Shown here piece by piece: positions 1 to 13,622 of a DNA stretch of 64,000 bases. The stretch covers positions 1,178,001 through 1,242,000 of the forward strand of contig AP026133.1 in assembly GCA_030295235.1 (NCBI GenBank). Reading direction: 5' to 3'. Source of the stretch: Fistulifera solaris (lineage: Eukaryota). The position numbers and the translations under genes are program-made. The notes under the pieces were generated by a model that worked only from the letters and a program-made list of their open reading frames with translations, did no database searches and was not told where the DNA came from. Each line of letters begins with the position of its first letter. Position 1 is the first letter of the stretch.

Positions 1-384
1 CACCCAAGTTGTACACTTCAGTCGGCTTAACGTTCGAAATGATGCTAATCAAGTTTGTGGCGTCACACAAGTCTCCGTAATGCAAGAAGAGCTTTACTCC
101 GGTCTCGTGACGGTCTTTGTAGAGATGATCGATGCGACCCGTGTTGAAGCAAGAAGAACGACGAACGATACCGTGGACCTGCAGACGAGTAGAAGAAACG
201 TGAGAGTCTGCGTCTCTGCTGAATCGATCTTCACCATAGCCCCTGTTGAATAATCTTTGACGAAAACGAGAAAAGGAGACATACGACGTACCTCGTATCC
301 CTTCTCAAGAAGAAGCTCCGTAAGATACGAACCGTCTTGACCGGTAATACCGGTAATTAAAGCGCACTTTCTTTCAGACGACAT
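1..384 (-). CDS. GMD: GDP-mannose 4,6-dehydratase, 5' part (runs off window); exon 1 384-292, intron 291-179, exon 2 178-<1
   Basis: [24 protein letters not shown], then a GTACGT...TGCAG intron, then [19 protein letters not shown]...[12 protein letters not shown]...KPTEVYNLG: the characteristic GMD N-terminus. Confidence 0.95.
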
Positions 385-1505
385 TATTTATGATTGATCG
401 AGGAAGTTTAAGTAATCACAGCAACAATAGATGATAAGAAAAGGATTCCCTGGTCAAAGGCGTGACTTTGATTATGAAATGAATGCGACCGCGGAGCGGT
501 GCAAGTTTTTAATGATCCAGACGGAGAGGGTCATTCTTCCTCTCCGTTTGCTTAATGACACGTTTGTGTACTTAAGAGGTTGAGCGACATGGAACCGGTA
601 CCGATAGTTTAAAAATAGTCCGTAAATAAAATACATTAAATCTGATACATGGAGACCCTATTGACAATAAGGGACCGCGACCCGTGACCGCGACAACACC
701 AACGGACGCCGGATCGTGAATTATATAATAAGGAAAAAACAGATCGTGTTTCGTACATCGAGAGAAATGACTCACACTTAGACTATGGAAGAGGCGGGCA
801 ATAATGCGCCACGTATTACTATGAAAGCGCAGCGCACAGCGCACAGGCATAATAATGAGATGCTAGGGATTTAGAATTTGGGACGTTTCCCTCGTGCGTC
901 TTACAGCTTCTAACAAGAAATAAGACTTTCAACAAGAAATTACGCTCTCATATTTTGTATCAGGAAGTACCAGCGGGAAGTGAAAATCGTTTCACGGATT
1001 GGCAGCTTCAGTACCGGAACATTGAAACATGCAAAAGAGGCAAGATCGGCTAAGTCGATCTTACCGCTTTTTCTTGCTAACAATTAGGGACGTTTGAAAA
1101 AACTGATCGGTCCAGGGTCCAGGTCGAGGAGGTTAACAGTTAACCCTTGCTAGGAGTCGCGTATCGCTACTCGCAAGCTCGCAGGGATACTGATAAGATG
1201 TACGGTAGAGAAGAAACCAAAATCCGACATAACATAGAACATAGACTATCATCTAGGGTGAACCGCTCCGGCTCTCTTTTCTTTTTTCGGCTTGCGCGAC
1301 TCACTACTAGGTATAATTAATGCTGTTTTCGGTTTTCGACTTGCTGCTGATTGTTCAAACACGGTTAACGAAGAAACGTGACTCTTCGTGAAAGACAAAG
1401 TAAGACTAAACATTAAGCAAGAATGGTCTTGCATCTTGCGCAAGCTACCGGTGATCAATAATTCGTGAATAAGTTATGCAAAATGACTAACATACTGGCA
1501 ATGGT

Positions 1506-3488
1506 CTAGCAACCTGCTAAAACCGCGACATGCAAACCAAGAAGAAGTGCCCCCAGTAAAACATTCCAGCAAAGACACTGCGCGTCACTAGATATTTGAA
1601 CAGAGTCTATCTGAGGATCGGATATCGGTGAACTTGAGTCATCTCCTTCGTCCGCAGCAGCTGGTAAAACCTCAAATGACAGAGATGATAGATTGTCATA
1701 TCGCAAGTCACTGACCGATTCCCAGTTGTCTGGATTCGCAATGGCTTCACGGAGTCGGTATGCAGTTTCCGAGGTTGAACCTTTGTAGCGGTAGCTGTCG
1801 TAACGAGAAAGAGTCACGTACGAGTAATTAAATTGCTCAAGCATTTCTGGAAGCGCACTGTAAGTTGTGTCACCACCCGCATTGAACCAGCGTCCCCCAA
1901 AAGTAAGACCGGTCAAAAGTTGACGTGTTCACGATTGTCGTCGCAAACAACAAGAATCGTGTCACCCGACAAGGAGAGATCAAAGTTTCCTCGCACTGAT
2001 TCCCAGTTGTTTTCGCTAAACTCCCCTCCGTCAGTCGTATTTTGGCTGTACCCGAAGACGGCACCGGCTGCAATACCCTCGCTTGGTACTTCTAATTTTA
2101 GATATCCTTCCGTGTCCCGGAAATCCGTACCCGTCCAACCGTTGTCTGTGATGTATAATGTAGTTCCCTGAGATAAGCGTTCCAAGGCGACCAACGCGAG
2201 TGTATCGGGATAGTCAGAGTTGAATCCAACGACCATAATGGATCCTGGACCAGGACACGAAACCGAGTTGTCTAAGACAAACGGCCTTTGCCCGTCGTCT
2301 TCCACCTCTTCGCCGCCATAAGTATGCGTTCCATTTCTGTTTTCGCTTCCATTCGTATCTGCGTCGTTAATGCTTTCATCAGCGTCCGACGCTGTAGCAT
2401 TGCTATCTTCAGCGCCAACGGAATCCGTTTCTTCACCATTTTCATCGGCAGCTGTGCCCGAGTCCGCACCACTCTGCTCGTTTCCTAAATCAGTATTACT
2501 GACTGCTTCACTTTCATCCAGAGTAACGCCGTTTTCTGCACCAGCGTTGATCGCTTGTTCATCCCCATCGCCAGCATTTTCATCAACTTCATCTGATGCA
2601 ACAAGCTCAGCAACCCCGCCCTCGCACCTTTGATGTCGTAGAGAAGCGAAGTGAGTCATGGCAAGATCAGGAAAGTCAATAAATGGATTTCGATTCCCTT
2701 GCCAGCAGGTGCAAATATCAGCATTGCGAGTCCGCTCTTCTTCATTGACTGGATCTTCAACATGCCATTGTAATAGCTGCGATAGAAATCCCATACTGTT
2801 ATCCAACTCCCCAGGACAATCGGTCAAAATAAGATCGGTCTCTCCTTCTTGGGCTCCACTGTATCGCACATCCATATACATGAGAGCACGGGCAATATCT
2901 CCCCGTACCGACGCCGGGGGGAGAAACGTCTGTGCATCTGTTTGAGTGTCCAAAGCTGCACTCGAATGTGCGGGTTGGATACAAGCATTATACGTCGTTG
3001 GTTGCGATTCGGATGAATCGGCACATGTCCCGAAATACTTGTTGGCTCGTACTGTATTCACGTTCCAATCGGACGGAACGATACTATGCACATCCGTGTA
3101 GTCGGCACCGGAGTCTCCAACGCCGTAAGATCGCGGCCATAGGTGCTCACGATTCCATCCATCGAGTTCTCCTTGTAAGGAAATAGCCATGTCAGTTTGC
3201 GAGTAGATCAATCGCACCGTGTCGGAAGTTTTGCCTGGATGAAGTTCTCGCATGGCAAGCCAAACATCATCGCCTCCATTGCTGCTTGTATACGGAAGTA
3301 CCCGCCGATGCGTAGACGTAACTAGAGCTTCCAGTTGGTCGCGGTCTTCAACATTGACACCATCGTAATAATTGCCTTTTGAACACCCCCGAAAATCGTT
3401 TGCTTGAGATGGAAACGCCATTGGTACTTCCCTTCGCAGCAGCTACGAGTCCGAAAAGGAGCAACGATTTCCAATTTATTTTCGACAT
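1506..3488 (-). CDS. Secreted Endonuclease I family (Bsn/EndA-like) nuclease with acidic linker, C-terminal beta domain and hydrophobic tail; two apparent homopolymer frameshifts (~3388, ~1916)
   Basis: Signal-like MSKINWKSLLLFGLVAAAKG at 3488; motifs WNREHLWPRS, DVHSIVPSD..VNTVR, RGDIARALMYMDVRY, QGNRNPFIDFP; three ORFs join by +/-1 base in G5 and T4 runs; ends in WNVLLGALLLGLHVAVLAGC. Confidence 0.85.
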
Positions 3489-4471
3489 TTTATGAAATTT
3501 ATTATGCACGATGAAACGTTTACAATTCTTTACCTCACATTCGTTCCATTTTGGGGTAAGTAAAGTAAAGTCATAATAAAGCAAAATGTTGAGTTTACAA
3601 TGATTATTGAAGGGATCGATATCGATGACCGCCGACATGAGAGCTTTACCTGGTACTTGTACTGTAATGACTTTCTTCCTTTCGTGATCGATTCATGACT
3701 CGCTTTTCCTTCACGAGTATTGACCGAAAAAATAATGCCGTAGCGGTATTCAGCTTCTAAGACCTGACGTCTGTGTTATGTGCAGTAGATGGCTCTGTGC
3801 AAAGTACAAAGTACACGACTGCAGAAAAGAAGCATTCTCCGCTGTTCAGAAACAACGCACATACGCGAGCACCGAGCACCGAGCACTCGTGAACAACACA
3901 AAATCAATTTATTATTGCCCAATTGGGATCGAAAGTTGTCACAAGATATTGCCGATTATCACCTTCGATTTCAAATTACTTAAAGTTTTTCTTTACTTAA
4001 CGCAACGAGTAAATGCTATAGCGCAATATGTAATAGATGCGAACAACATTTAATCTACATTTAGTAAGTTGTGACTCGCTCGTTGAGACGCTCAGACGTC
4101 CAATGTCCAGGATTACTGGGTAAAATGTAAAATACACGTAGTGCTATTAGTTTAGTTCCGAGTTCGCAGTTCGCACAATTCACGAAAACACGTTTCTTGT
4201 TTTTTTGACGTCGTTCGAATTTGAGCTTCCACCATCCACCACCCCACATCCCTCATGTTTTCATTTCTTGCTCTTGCCGTTTGCAACTCACATGCAACCA
4301 TCAAGAGACAGCAGCAAGGGAAACACTCACGTAAGGCCTCACAAATTCAAAGCAGCATCGTCTTATAGAAATATACCTACTAAAGACGCACGATACACCC
4401 AACAGATCAGATATTTCGCTTCCGGTCTCGGTCCCTTCGCTTCCTTGCTATATTTTCACGTTTCCCATCCG

Positions 4472-5134
4472 ATGAATGCTGACGAATACAGAGAGTCAGT
4501 ACGCTGCGATGAAAATTTCGACACAAATAGTTTTGCTGTCGACCAATTTGAAAACAGCGAATTATATTCCCCGGACTCTTCTATTTCTGTCCCTTCTTTG
4601 TCGTGTTCGACCGTTTCCTTGAGATCCCTGTCAAGCATCGATAGCGAGAGGTCGACCCCCTCGTCACACAGGAAAAAGTTAACATTTGGGCAAATTAGCA
4701 TCCATCAGCACGATTTGACTATTGGAGATAATCCGAGTTGTTCGAGCGGCCCCCCTGTATCCCTGGACTGGAAATCAATACGCTCAGATTCGTACAACCT
4801 GGATGAATACGAGGCGATGGTCGAAGGCAGTAGAGGTAAAGCGAAGCGATTAGCAAGGTCAGAGCGCGAAAATTTACTTCAAGAGAGTGGTTATTCGATG
4901 GAGACTTTGGTCCGCATTGCAGAACAAGTCGATCATGACAAGATGATCAGAAATGTAGACAAGATGCAATTGGATGCATTGGAAGAATATCAAGTAATGG
5001 CCTCCGCTTCGGTACGGCGCTTGCGTCGCAGAAATGGTCAGCTTCCAATCGCATCGCCATCTAAAGCCACGAGAATTTTACAGATTGCGCGCTTCATGCG
5101 AAAGCTTCATACTAACCATTCGCCATCATCATAA
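4472..5134 (+). CDS. Hypothetical protein of a diatom-type family (GDNPSCSSGPPVSLDW motif)
   Basis: Open frame with Ser-rich N-terminus and LTFGQISIHQHDLTIGDNPSCSSGPPVSLDW...LDEYE motif that I recall from diatom hypothetical proteins; start ATG inferred. Confidence 0.65.
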   Translation: MNADEYRESVRCDENFDTNSFAVDQFENSELYSPDSSISVPSLSCSTVSLRSLSSIDSERSTPSSHRKKLTFGQISIHQHDLTIGDNPSCSSGPPVSLDWKSIRSDSYNLDEYEAMVEGSRGKAKRLARSERENLLQESGYSMETLVRIAEQVDHDKMIRNVDKMQLDALEEYQVMASASVRRLRRRNGQLPIASPSKATRILQIARFMRKLHTNHSPSS

Positions 5135-5909
5135 TCAACGCATCGTCATCTGCAATCCGCTATGCACATGGCACGATCAGTTTAAAAACAATTCTTCTGA
5201 GATAAACTAGATTACGCTAAGCCTTTCTTCGAAGATGCTAGTCCCTCTACAGATGCTCCGTAATCATCATCATTCATCATCTGTTAGCCCGTTCGGTGGA
5301 GTCGTGCCTAACGCCAAACCTACCAGAGTTCTTCAAGTACTGGTACTGTTACATACGTGCCACATTATTTGATCTCTGTAGAAAACTGAACGGTCTGTCC
5401 CTGGTCCGAAAACAAACAATGGTTCTTAAATGATCATAGTCTGACAGATTGCGTTCCCATAGCACAAAGTAAAATTAGGCAAGAAACACGAAAGAACCAG
5501 TCAACCGATTTGATTGACGAAGGCTAAGCATATTTATTATTGCCCTAGCATTAGTTTACTGAAAACATCAAAAGAACGTACTAGAACGAAAAATATACTT
5601 ATGCCTCCAGAACTGGATCCACTAGCATCTTTTTCGTCATGCTAAAAATAATACTTATTCGAACACAAAACTGCGTCCAACGAAGGGAAATTTTGCCTCA
5701 TCGTATCCAAGCAAGACATCTTTGACACAGCAACAATAAATACCGCCGTGATTGTGCCAGCAATGACATGAAACATTATCCCGACAGCAAGATTTTTCAG
5801 CACAAACTTGTTGTTGATCTGCGATTCTTTGACTCGAAGCTGCTCGCATATTATCCGTTTCGCTAGGTATTCTTCATTCTCACGCTCCGTGCGAAGCAAA
5901 TTTATTGGA

Positions 5910-7119
5910 ATGGCTCTCAAATGGTTGTTCTCCCCCAAGACAGGAGAAAAGAAGAAGTCTGCAGGAAAATCGAAGCAAGCAGACGAGCGAGTTTTGCCGG
6001 CAAGCACTGCCAATGAAGCACAATCTCCTACGAAACCTGAAGTCTCGGGGCATCACACGAACACACAACATGTAGAAGGCTCGGGAAGCTCCATGGGTTC
6101 CGAAGTAGTGCCTTCCTCCGTCGTTGTAGGAGTTCAAGAAAGTGCTTCCACTATGTCAGAAACCGACGGGCGAAGCATGTCTTCAGAAGAAGAAACACAG
6201 AGCAGCAAAGATTTTAAGAGCTATTGTGATCAAGTAGGAGGAGGACGGCCGTCTCTCGCGAAAACAGCATCGCAAATCGAAAAGAAGGAATGCGCAAAGA
6301 CACCCCGAGAATCTTCGAAAGGTCTTTCTAGCGGCTTAACACGCCCCGCTTCTTGCAAGAATACAGAAGATTCGAAAAGCCCGAATCGTCTTTCTTCTGT
6401 GATTCGAAAGAAGCTGTCTGTGGGGGACCCGCCGCTGAAGCGTTGAAGGTTTCGCTCGTTACGCCGAGCAATCCGGAGAGCTCTTCGCCCCCAACGGAAT
6501 CTCGAAAGAGTCCTCCGGCCGATACTATGGCGCGAAGCAAGTCCGCAGTGGGTCTATCGTATCCTGCTAACAAGGAAAAGAAGACAGAAGAGGTAGGCTG
6601 TGATTCTACGACGATTCCCACCGGTTCTATGGGCAACGTAACAGGTGCTACGGAGTCCAAGTCTCGCGATCACGGTCCCGAACGTGCCCCTCGGAAACCT
6701 TCGTTGAGTCCAGAGGGAAAGATGACGAAAAGAAAGCAGCTTCGAAGGACAAGCTCCGTCGAAGCTCCAAAGAGCAAAGTGCCGAGAAGTCCGGACCAAC
6801 GGTTTCTCCAGAAGTCATGAAGTTCTACGTCGATCAATTGCAGACGCCACGCCGAAAGAAAGAACTCGTGCGTTCTATTCGAGGCAAACGAGCCGAAGAG
6901 GAAGAAGCGAAACGAAAGCAACTTTCGGTCAAAGAAATGGACGAATACATGACGAACATCAAGGAAGTGCGCATGGCGAAACGACAAGCGAAATCGCGTG
7001 CCATACAGGAAGCTGTTGCCTTACAGCGAGCTGATTTCCTAGCGCGGCTTATTCATGTATCCGATTCGGAAAACAAAGCGGCGAATCCTGTCACTCCGCC
7101 ACCGAACACACGCATCTGA
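5910..7119 (+). CDS. Low-complexity Ser/Lys/Pro/Thr-rich hypothetical protein, split over three frames (breaks near 6400 and 6815)
   Basis: Three consecutive overlapping ORFs (5808-6446, 6353-6820, 6817-7119) of similar composition, ending in a charged helical segment. Confidence 0.5.
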
Positions 7120-7328
7120 GCACCTTGCCACAAAGAGCCGGGCTTCTACATGGTAACCGATGACGAACCTGAACTAGCCCCCCCCCCCGCACACCTCTGC
7201 TTCTTTTTGATACAATAATGATATACTAGTTGCGTATTTTTCAAATCGTCTCTTTATTCCGTTTCTGAGTCGCATCAAATTATTAAGCAACAAAAATCGA
7301 TCTAAATCTAATCATCGGGCCTTCTGTT

Positions 7329-8909
7329 TCATTCAATATCCACCATGAGAGGCAACGGATCTACGACCTTGAAATCACATGCCGTGGCGCCACGGACATC
7401 ATCCACCGTGATGCCAGGTGCAATCTCTATTAATGTCAAGCCAGTCCCTCCTTTCTTGTCGCAATCGAACACGGCCATGTCCGTAATGATACGATCTACG
7501 ACTCTGTGCCCCGTCAACGGCAATGTACATTCTTGCAGGATCTTAGGAGTTCCATCTTTGGCGGTATGGTCCATGGTCACCACAACACGCGATCCAGGTG
7601 CACCCACCAGATCCATTGCACCACCCATCCCCTTGACAATCTTCCCTGGTACAATCCAATTCGCCAAGTCACCCGATACACTGCACTGCAAACCGCCTAA
7701 AATTGTCAAATCAATTCTTCCTCCTCGGATCATCCCAAAACTAGTCGAAGACGAAAACGCCGAAGCCCCGGGAAGTGCCGTAATGGTTTCTTTTCCGGCG
7801 TTGATATAATCAGCATCGGCTTCTTCTACAGTTTTCGGATACGGCCCAATGCCCATAAGACCATTCTCCGCTTGCAATTCAATCTTGACATCGTCCGGAA
7901 CATAATTGGATGCCATGGTAGGAATTCCAATTCCCAAATTGACGTAAAATCCGTCCTGAAATTCCCTCGCCGCGCGCTTCATGATCCGGACTCGGCCATC
8001 ATTCGTTGTTGCGTCGTCATTCCCATTCTTCCCGCCGTTGTTGCTGTCGTGTGACAAACGCAATCGTTCAATCGACTTTTCATTGCGCGTGGCTGGAATG
8101 ACCTTGTGCACATAAACACCAGGCAAATGAATATCACTGGGTGACAACGTTCCGGCTTCGACGATCTGTTCCGCTTCCGCAATGGTGATTCTCCCCGCCA
8201 TGGCACAGTCTGGATTCGAGTTCCGGGCAGTTCCGTGAAAGACGAGATTACCTCGCGTATCCGCAACGGCCGCTTTGACAATACTGACATCGGCAGATAG
8301 AGCATATTCGAGCACGTATTCAATGTCATGAAAGACGCGTGTTTCACGGGGTGAACTCGTGAGTACAGGTCGATGACTACCATCGTTCTTGTATTGAATG
8401 GGAATACCACCGAGTGCATAAATCGTCCCGGCTCCCGTCGGTGTATAAAAGGCCGGAACCCCCGTCCCCGCCACCCTCAATCGTTCCGCCAAAGTTCCTT
8501 GCGGAATCAATTCAATTTGCAACCGCCCCGCAAAGAATTCTTGTTCGAGAAATTTGTTTTCACCGACATAACTGCTCATGAGTCGACGCACTTTATTCGC
8601 TTGCAACAATTGACCGACTCCTTGATGATCGGTACCGGCTGTGAGTGACACAACCGTAAGATGAGAAGCCGCAGGAGATGTTGCGATGGCGTCTATCAAT
8701 GTTTCTGGATTGCCGCCTAATCCGAAGCCACCGACTGCTAACGTTTTGTTGTGCAAATCGATGCCCTCTAAGGCTTCTTCGGCGCTGCTGACGACTTTAC
8801 TATGAGGAAGTTGAGCATTTGAAGAAGTAGAGAAGGACTTGAAGTAATAGTGACGATAAATACGGAAGCATGCGGATAGTGATGCTTGTGATTTCATCAT
8901 CTTCGTCAT
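7329..8909 (-). CDS. SCOT: Succinyl-CoA:3-oxoacid CoA-transferase (fused alpha/beta), probably mitochondrial
   Basis: 526-aa ORF with [32 protein letters not shown] (catalytic Glu), [18 protein letters not shown]; Ser/Arg-rich presequence. Confidence 0.95.
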   Translation of the reverse strand: MTKMMKSQASLSACFRIYRHYYFKSFSTSSNAQLPHSKVVSSAEEALEGIDLHNKTLAVGGFGLGGNPETLIDAIATSPAASHLTVVSLTAGTDHQGVGQLLQANKVRRLMSSYVGENKFLEQEFFAGRLQIELIPQGTLAERLRVAGTGVPAFYTPTGAGTIYALGGIPIQYKNDGSHRPVLTSSPRETRVFHDIEYVLEYALSADVSIVKAAVADTRGNLVFHGTARNSNPDCAMAGRITIAEAEQIVEAGTLSPSDIHLPGVYVHKVIPATRNEKSIERLRLSHDSNNGGKNGNDDATTNDGRVRIMKRAAREFQDGFYVNLGIGIPTMASNYVPDDVKIELQAENGLMGIGPYPKTVEEADADYINAGKETITALPGASAFSSSTSFGMIRGGRIDLTILGGLQCSVSGDLANWIVPGKIVKGMGGAMDLVGAPGSRVVVTMDHTAKDGTPKILQECTLPLTGHRVVDRIITDMAVFDCDKKGGTGLTLIEIAPGITVDDVRGATACDFKVVDPLPLMVDIE

Positions 8910-9770
8910 TCAAAGCGGTCGAGTTCTTATTCTGGCACAATCAACAAGAGAAGGTCTTTCCCAACCGACAGCAATTCCTCGGAACGTGAGAAGTAAAGGT
9001 GATGGTGATACGTAAAGAATAAGAGAATGAAATACTATCGCTTTATAAAACGAACGAAAAGAAAAGTGACAACTAGAACGACAACACACACCGCAGAACG
9101 AAAACGAAAACAGAACGACATCAAACGTCGAAACGAGAAACGAGAAAACGAAAAAGCATCCGTGTCAGTCTGTCCTCCGTTCTAAAACGCGAAGGTTCAA
9201 GACTAAATCCAGTCATGGGAAAAAACGGGCAGCACCTTGGGTCGTCTAATAAAATAAAATTTAAAATCAAGGTTACGAACAATTATTCGACACAGATACC
9301 GTAGTCGAAACAATGCATTTCAGTTGTTCTGCTTAGCGAGAAATGATACTTTGCATGCAATTAGATTTGGCTTTAAATCTTTTACCCCCGTCATCGTCAT
9401 GGGCTGCTGGGTTGCTGTCTCCATTTAGTTCGATGTTTCAGTCATGACTGAAATTCAGTCGTTACAAAAGGTCGCCTGTTGACACTTTGATCTATCGCAC
9501 ATTTTGCACACTACCAGGTACCGTACCAGAACTCCGGAGTCAATAGTACGGAGTAATTTATCAGTACCGTTACGACATTGATGAATGCCAAAGGGATGAA
9601 CGATCACAAATAATAGAAATGCCGCAAATGCCGCAATAAATGAAGGACCATGGCCCTCGCATAGCCGCACTGCTGCCGCTCATTCCTCTTTCTTCTAGAA
9701 TTTATATACACAGATTACTCTTCTTCTACTTTTCTATTAGCACTCGAACGGCACTCATTAACGTTACTTA

Positions 9771-11883
9771 ATGTCGGAATCACGCGAGCAACGCCAAAAG
9801 GCACTAGAAGAACGACGCAAACGCATTGCTGATCTTCGTGAAACACGAAATCGTCGCGTTGTTGATACAGCGCGTGTACAAGCTTCTGCGACGGCCAATT
9901 TGGATGATTATGTTGCTGATTTATTAAATGAACCGGCTCCTTTACTAGCGTCTGTTGCTAATAGTAATGATATGATATATGCTGCTGCTGCGACTACAAC
10001 AGAAATCAACAAAGAGGCTTCATCGAACGAACCTGATTCAGCGGTATCCGTTCCTGCGGATACGATAGCTACAGCTCCTACAACGATTCCTGTAGGACTA
10101 CCAAAAGTAGAAACGTTTGAATTAGGTACACAAACCGAGGAACCTGAGCTTCTGCTGGAAGAAGACGAACTCAACCATGAAGAGAGAAATGAAACCATGA
10201 TGAGGAATGAAAAGGATGGCATGACTCATGCGGAAATCGATTCCAATCAAGGAACAGCAATTCAAAGTGACACCAAAGATCCCAAGTTACTCTCGGAGGA
10301 ACAAGTGCAAAAGGAAGTTTCGTCGAAACCATTTTCAGACTTTCTCAATACAACATCCAAAAAAGTCGAACGTCTTTTAGGGACGCCTTTGCTTTCCGAT
10401 TTACTCGTCGACCACGTCGGACAAAGTCCATCTTCTCTGTCTTCACTACAAGATAGTGATGCACCCAAAGATGAACGACAATTCATTGCGAGTCGACAGG
10501 TATACGAATGTCACAAATGGACATCGGAACGTGATATTACCGATCTCGATTGGTCGCCATTGCATCGTGATTGTGTCCTTGCAACCTACGATCGACGCGG
10601 TGCCCGACCTATTGGAAGTAGTGCTACCACAATTGCGGTCGCCGCCATTGCACCACATGATACACCATCCGATTCTTTGACACCTCGGAGTGGAGAATTG
10701 CAATCGGACGGATTGGCGCTCATTTGGAGTTTGGTCATGCCACAGCGACCGGAACATATCTTTACGTGCGGAAGTCCAGTCACGACGGGGCGATTTCATC
10801 CGACCGAAGCACCACTGGTTGTGGGAGGTTGTGAAAGTGGACAAGTCGTTGTGTGGGATATTCGGGCGGGACGTTTGCCAGTACAGAAATCGACTTTTGT
10901 TGTGAGCGGTGGATCTAACAAACAGCAACAAATGAAGGGGCATTCGCATCCCATCAATTCCATGATCGTGCTAGAGGGTGGTGTACGTGCATTGCGTATT
11001 TGATGTGCTTAGTGTTTATTTCGTGTCAGTATATTTCTAACATTTTTCTGAAGGCCGGCTTTGTGACGAGTTCTTCGGATGGGAAAATCAACTTTTGGTC
11101 TTTATCGAATTTACGAGAACCAGCGGAAGGAATCCAAATCGGAGAAAATGTGTCGTGTTTGGCGCTTTCTCCCGAATCGGGAGCGTTGGTCGTTGGTGAT
11201 GATCATGGTAGTATGTACACGGTCGGCAGCAATGCGGCAAGTGGTGGTAGTACTCGACGTTCGCAACGGCAAGTGAAAGCATTGGAATGTGTCGACGCCG
11301 AAGGGGCGAATTTAGGACATTACGGCATGGTGACAGCCTTGAGTATGCCGAAAGTGAAAAAAGGTGCTCACGGTTTAACTGGAGGACCTTCCAAAGATGG
11401 CTTTTACGCGGCATGGGCGGCTTGGTATTGTCATCGGGTGTCGACTGGACGGTGAAATTATGGGCCCCTGCGTACCGAGACACACCGTTGACCAGTTGGG
11501 TGAGCCATTCATACGATTACATGTCCGATGTACAATGGAATCCGGTCCATCCTTCGTTGTTTGCCACTGGTTCTAGTAATGGTCGTTTGGGTTTATGGAA
11601 TTTATCCCTGTCACTGGACGAACCACTGACCGGTGGTGATGGCATTGCAGTTGATCCGGAACGCACTGAAATGACAAGTGGCTTGTCGGGTATTCACAAA
11701 TTGTCATGGTCGTTGGATGGACGTCGATTGGCCGTTGCATCTTCCGACCGAATGCATGTCTTTCATTTGACGGAAGAAGTCTTACGCAGTCGACACGCGG
11801 AAGAGGACTCCAAACGTGTCATGCAACAATTTCGCACACGGGGTTGGATCCAGGACACGACAAGTACGGGCCGATCGTCGTAG
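9771..11883 (+). CDS. WD40 protein resembling cytoplasmic dynein intermediate chain; intron 10983-11053; apparent frameshift ~11390
   Basis: N-terminal charged coiled coil (LEERRKRIADLRETRNRR), ETFELGTQT segment, WD repeats (DLDWSP, GQVVVWDIR, DGKINFWS, DWTVKLW, DVQWNPVHPSLFATG); the GT..AG intron keeps the frame. Confidence 0.8.
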
Positions 11884-12323
11884 TAAATGCTGTTGACTCG
11901 TTCTGTGCTAAGTTCGTTGTTAGCAAGCAAAGGGTAGTAGCTTTCGACTCGCCTCATCTCTAGTCTTTAGATACTGCGGCTTTGTAGTAATCGCACGAAT
12001 AGCTTTTTAGATATGTGTAGTGAGCTTTAGAGGTCGATGATGACATTTTATGCTAGATTGTCTCTAGTCTCTACTAGCAGAAGCGTCTGTACGACTGTCG
12101 TGGCGTTGGTCGTTATACATTACTCTGTACCTTGTTCGGACTTTTGCGGAATGAAAAGGATCATCGTCCTCGTCCTCGTCATCGTCACAGCTTATTTTTT
12201 TTCCTAGCAAGTTTATCCTTCCTTTCTCATTCTTGTTTCATTGTTCAAGCGTTTTCTCGCCTCTCATTCCTTTCTTTGTTGTTCTTAGTGTTTTTCATCA
12301 TCCTTTTGGAAAGACAAGCTACA

Positions 12324-13622
12324 ATGAATAGAACAACATTCGCAACACCCACAATGTTCCTCCTCTTTTGGATGACGACAACGACTTATATCGGTCAAAC
12401 GAGTCAAGCGTTTACCATTCTGTCATCATCTCACCCTACAATGAAAACTCCCTGGATTACGCAGAATGCACGATGCTGCAATCTATTTGCTGCAACGCGT
12501 GATCCCTTTGAAGATAGCGACGACATAAAGAATAATAAAAATCCATACGCTGACCCGAATTACCCCGAGTTGGAATTTGTCGATTATTCGGATCCAGAAT
12601 ACACTGCCGACAGCGGCAATTACGATGATTTATACGGCAATATGGATGATGATTCGACAGAAGCTGAAATCGAGGCCATGCGGGAAGAACGGCGTGTCAA
12701 GAATGATATCTTTCAATTCAATACTTATTATGCAAAGACGTATCTAAACGGGGCAACCTTTGCGGGAGAATGGACCGTTTACAAAGTCAACTGGTCGTCG
12801 AAGAGCGACACCGTTCCTACACTATCTCAAATTAAACATACATTCCCCGTCACAACTCGTCTGGAAGCCGATGAACAAGGTCGTTGGGTGCATATCGAAG
12901 ACTATCATGTCAACGCCACCACCGACAATAATTCGGGACTGGACTGGAATGATTATTACAAACCCTACTGGCCAGCAACTATGGTACCCTTTGATTTCCG
13001 AGGACAACAGGGGAATATGGTATGTGGGGATGCTTGGACGGTCTGCCAAGCTTTGAATGCGGCGCACGAGTCCGTCATTGAAGGGCCCTTTGCTGAGTAT
13101 CGGGCGGAAGTCGGTCTTTCGTACGGATCGTTGATGCGGTATCGTCTGAAGCTGGACTACTCGGCAAAGACAGGTCAAGATGATCAGCAACAGCTATTGC
13201 AATTAAAGTACTTGACGGTATGTCGGGAAGTCATTGTAGAACGAGAAATAATGCACTGGCCGCGACGTCATCCGAATTACGAAATTCAAGAAGCACTTTT
13301 TGGAGCACCCGGTGCCGAAGGAGGGTTGTATGACCCTCCACCAATTGCGGACGGTACCGAAAACAATTACATTCTGTTGGATTTACCCGGACATGCTACT
13401 ACATTGATACCTGTCGTGTTAAATCCGTCCTTGACATCACCGAAAATGAGTTGGGTAACATCCTTGGATTGGACACCAGGAAAGATGCGTTATCAGGTCG
13501 ATCGCAAAGTCAATAGTGGAAAAGATTTGTTAGGACTGCGATCGTTGGAGTTGAGTGAAGTACAAGCTGCGGATGCGGAAGAATACCGCCCAAGAGATGG
13601 AGGACAAGATATGCGACAATAA
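12324..13622 (+). CDS. Hypothetical protein with bipartite plastid-targeting-like presequence
   Basis: Long ORF; hydrophobic stretch followed by SQA-FT cleavage-like motif and an Ser/Thr-rich transit region; no family recognised. Confidence 0.7.
   Translation: MNRTTFATPTMFLLFWMTTTTYIGQTSQAFTILSSSHPTMKTPWITQNARCCNLFAATRDPFEDSDDIKNNKNPYADPNYPELEFVDYSDPEYTADSGNYDDLYGNMDDDSTEAEIEAMREERRVKNDIFQFNTYYAKTYLNGATFAGEWTVYKVNWSSKSDTVPTLSQIKHTFPVTTRLEADEQGRWVHIEDYHVNATTDNNSGLDWNDYYKPYWPATMVPFDFRGQQGNMVCGDAWTVCQALNAAHESVIEGPFAEYRAEVGLSYGSLMRYRLKLDYSAKTGQDDQQQLLQLKYLTVCREVIVEREIMHWPRRHPNYEIQEALFGAPGAEGGLYDPPPIADGTENNYILLDLPGHATTLIPVVLNPSLTSPKMSWVTSLDWTPGKMRYQVDRKVNSGKDLLGLRSLELSEVQAADAEEYRPRDGGQDMRQ

Noticed and set aside
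7178..7188. C11 run, with G11 at 31481-31491, as element termini
   Set aside because: No shared flanking sequence or target-site duplication; simple homopolymers.
9045..9160. AACGAA-type degenerate repeats (also ~18245-18266 and ~50175-50200)
   Set aside because: Short low-complexity UTR or intron sequence, no spacer structure; not a CRISPR array or satellite.
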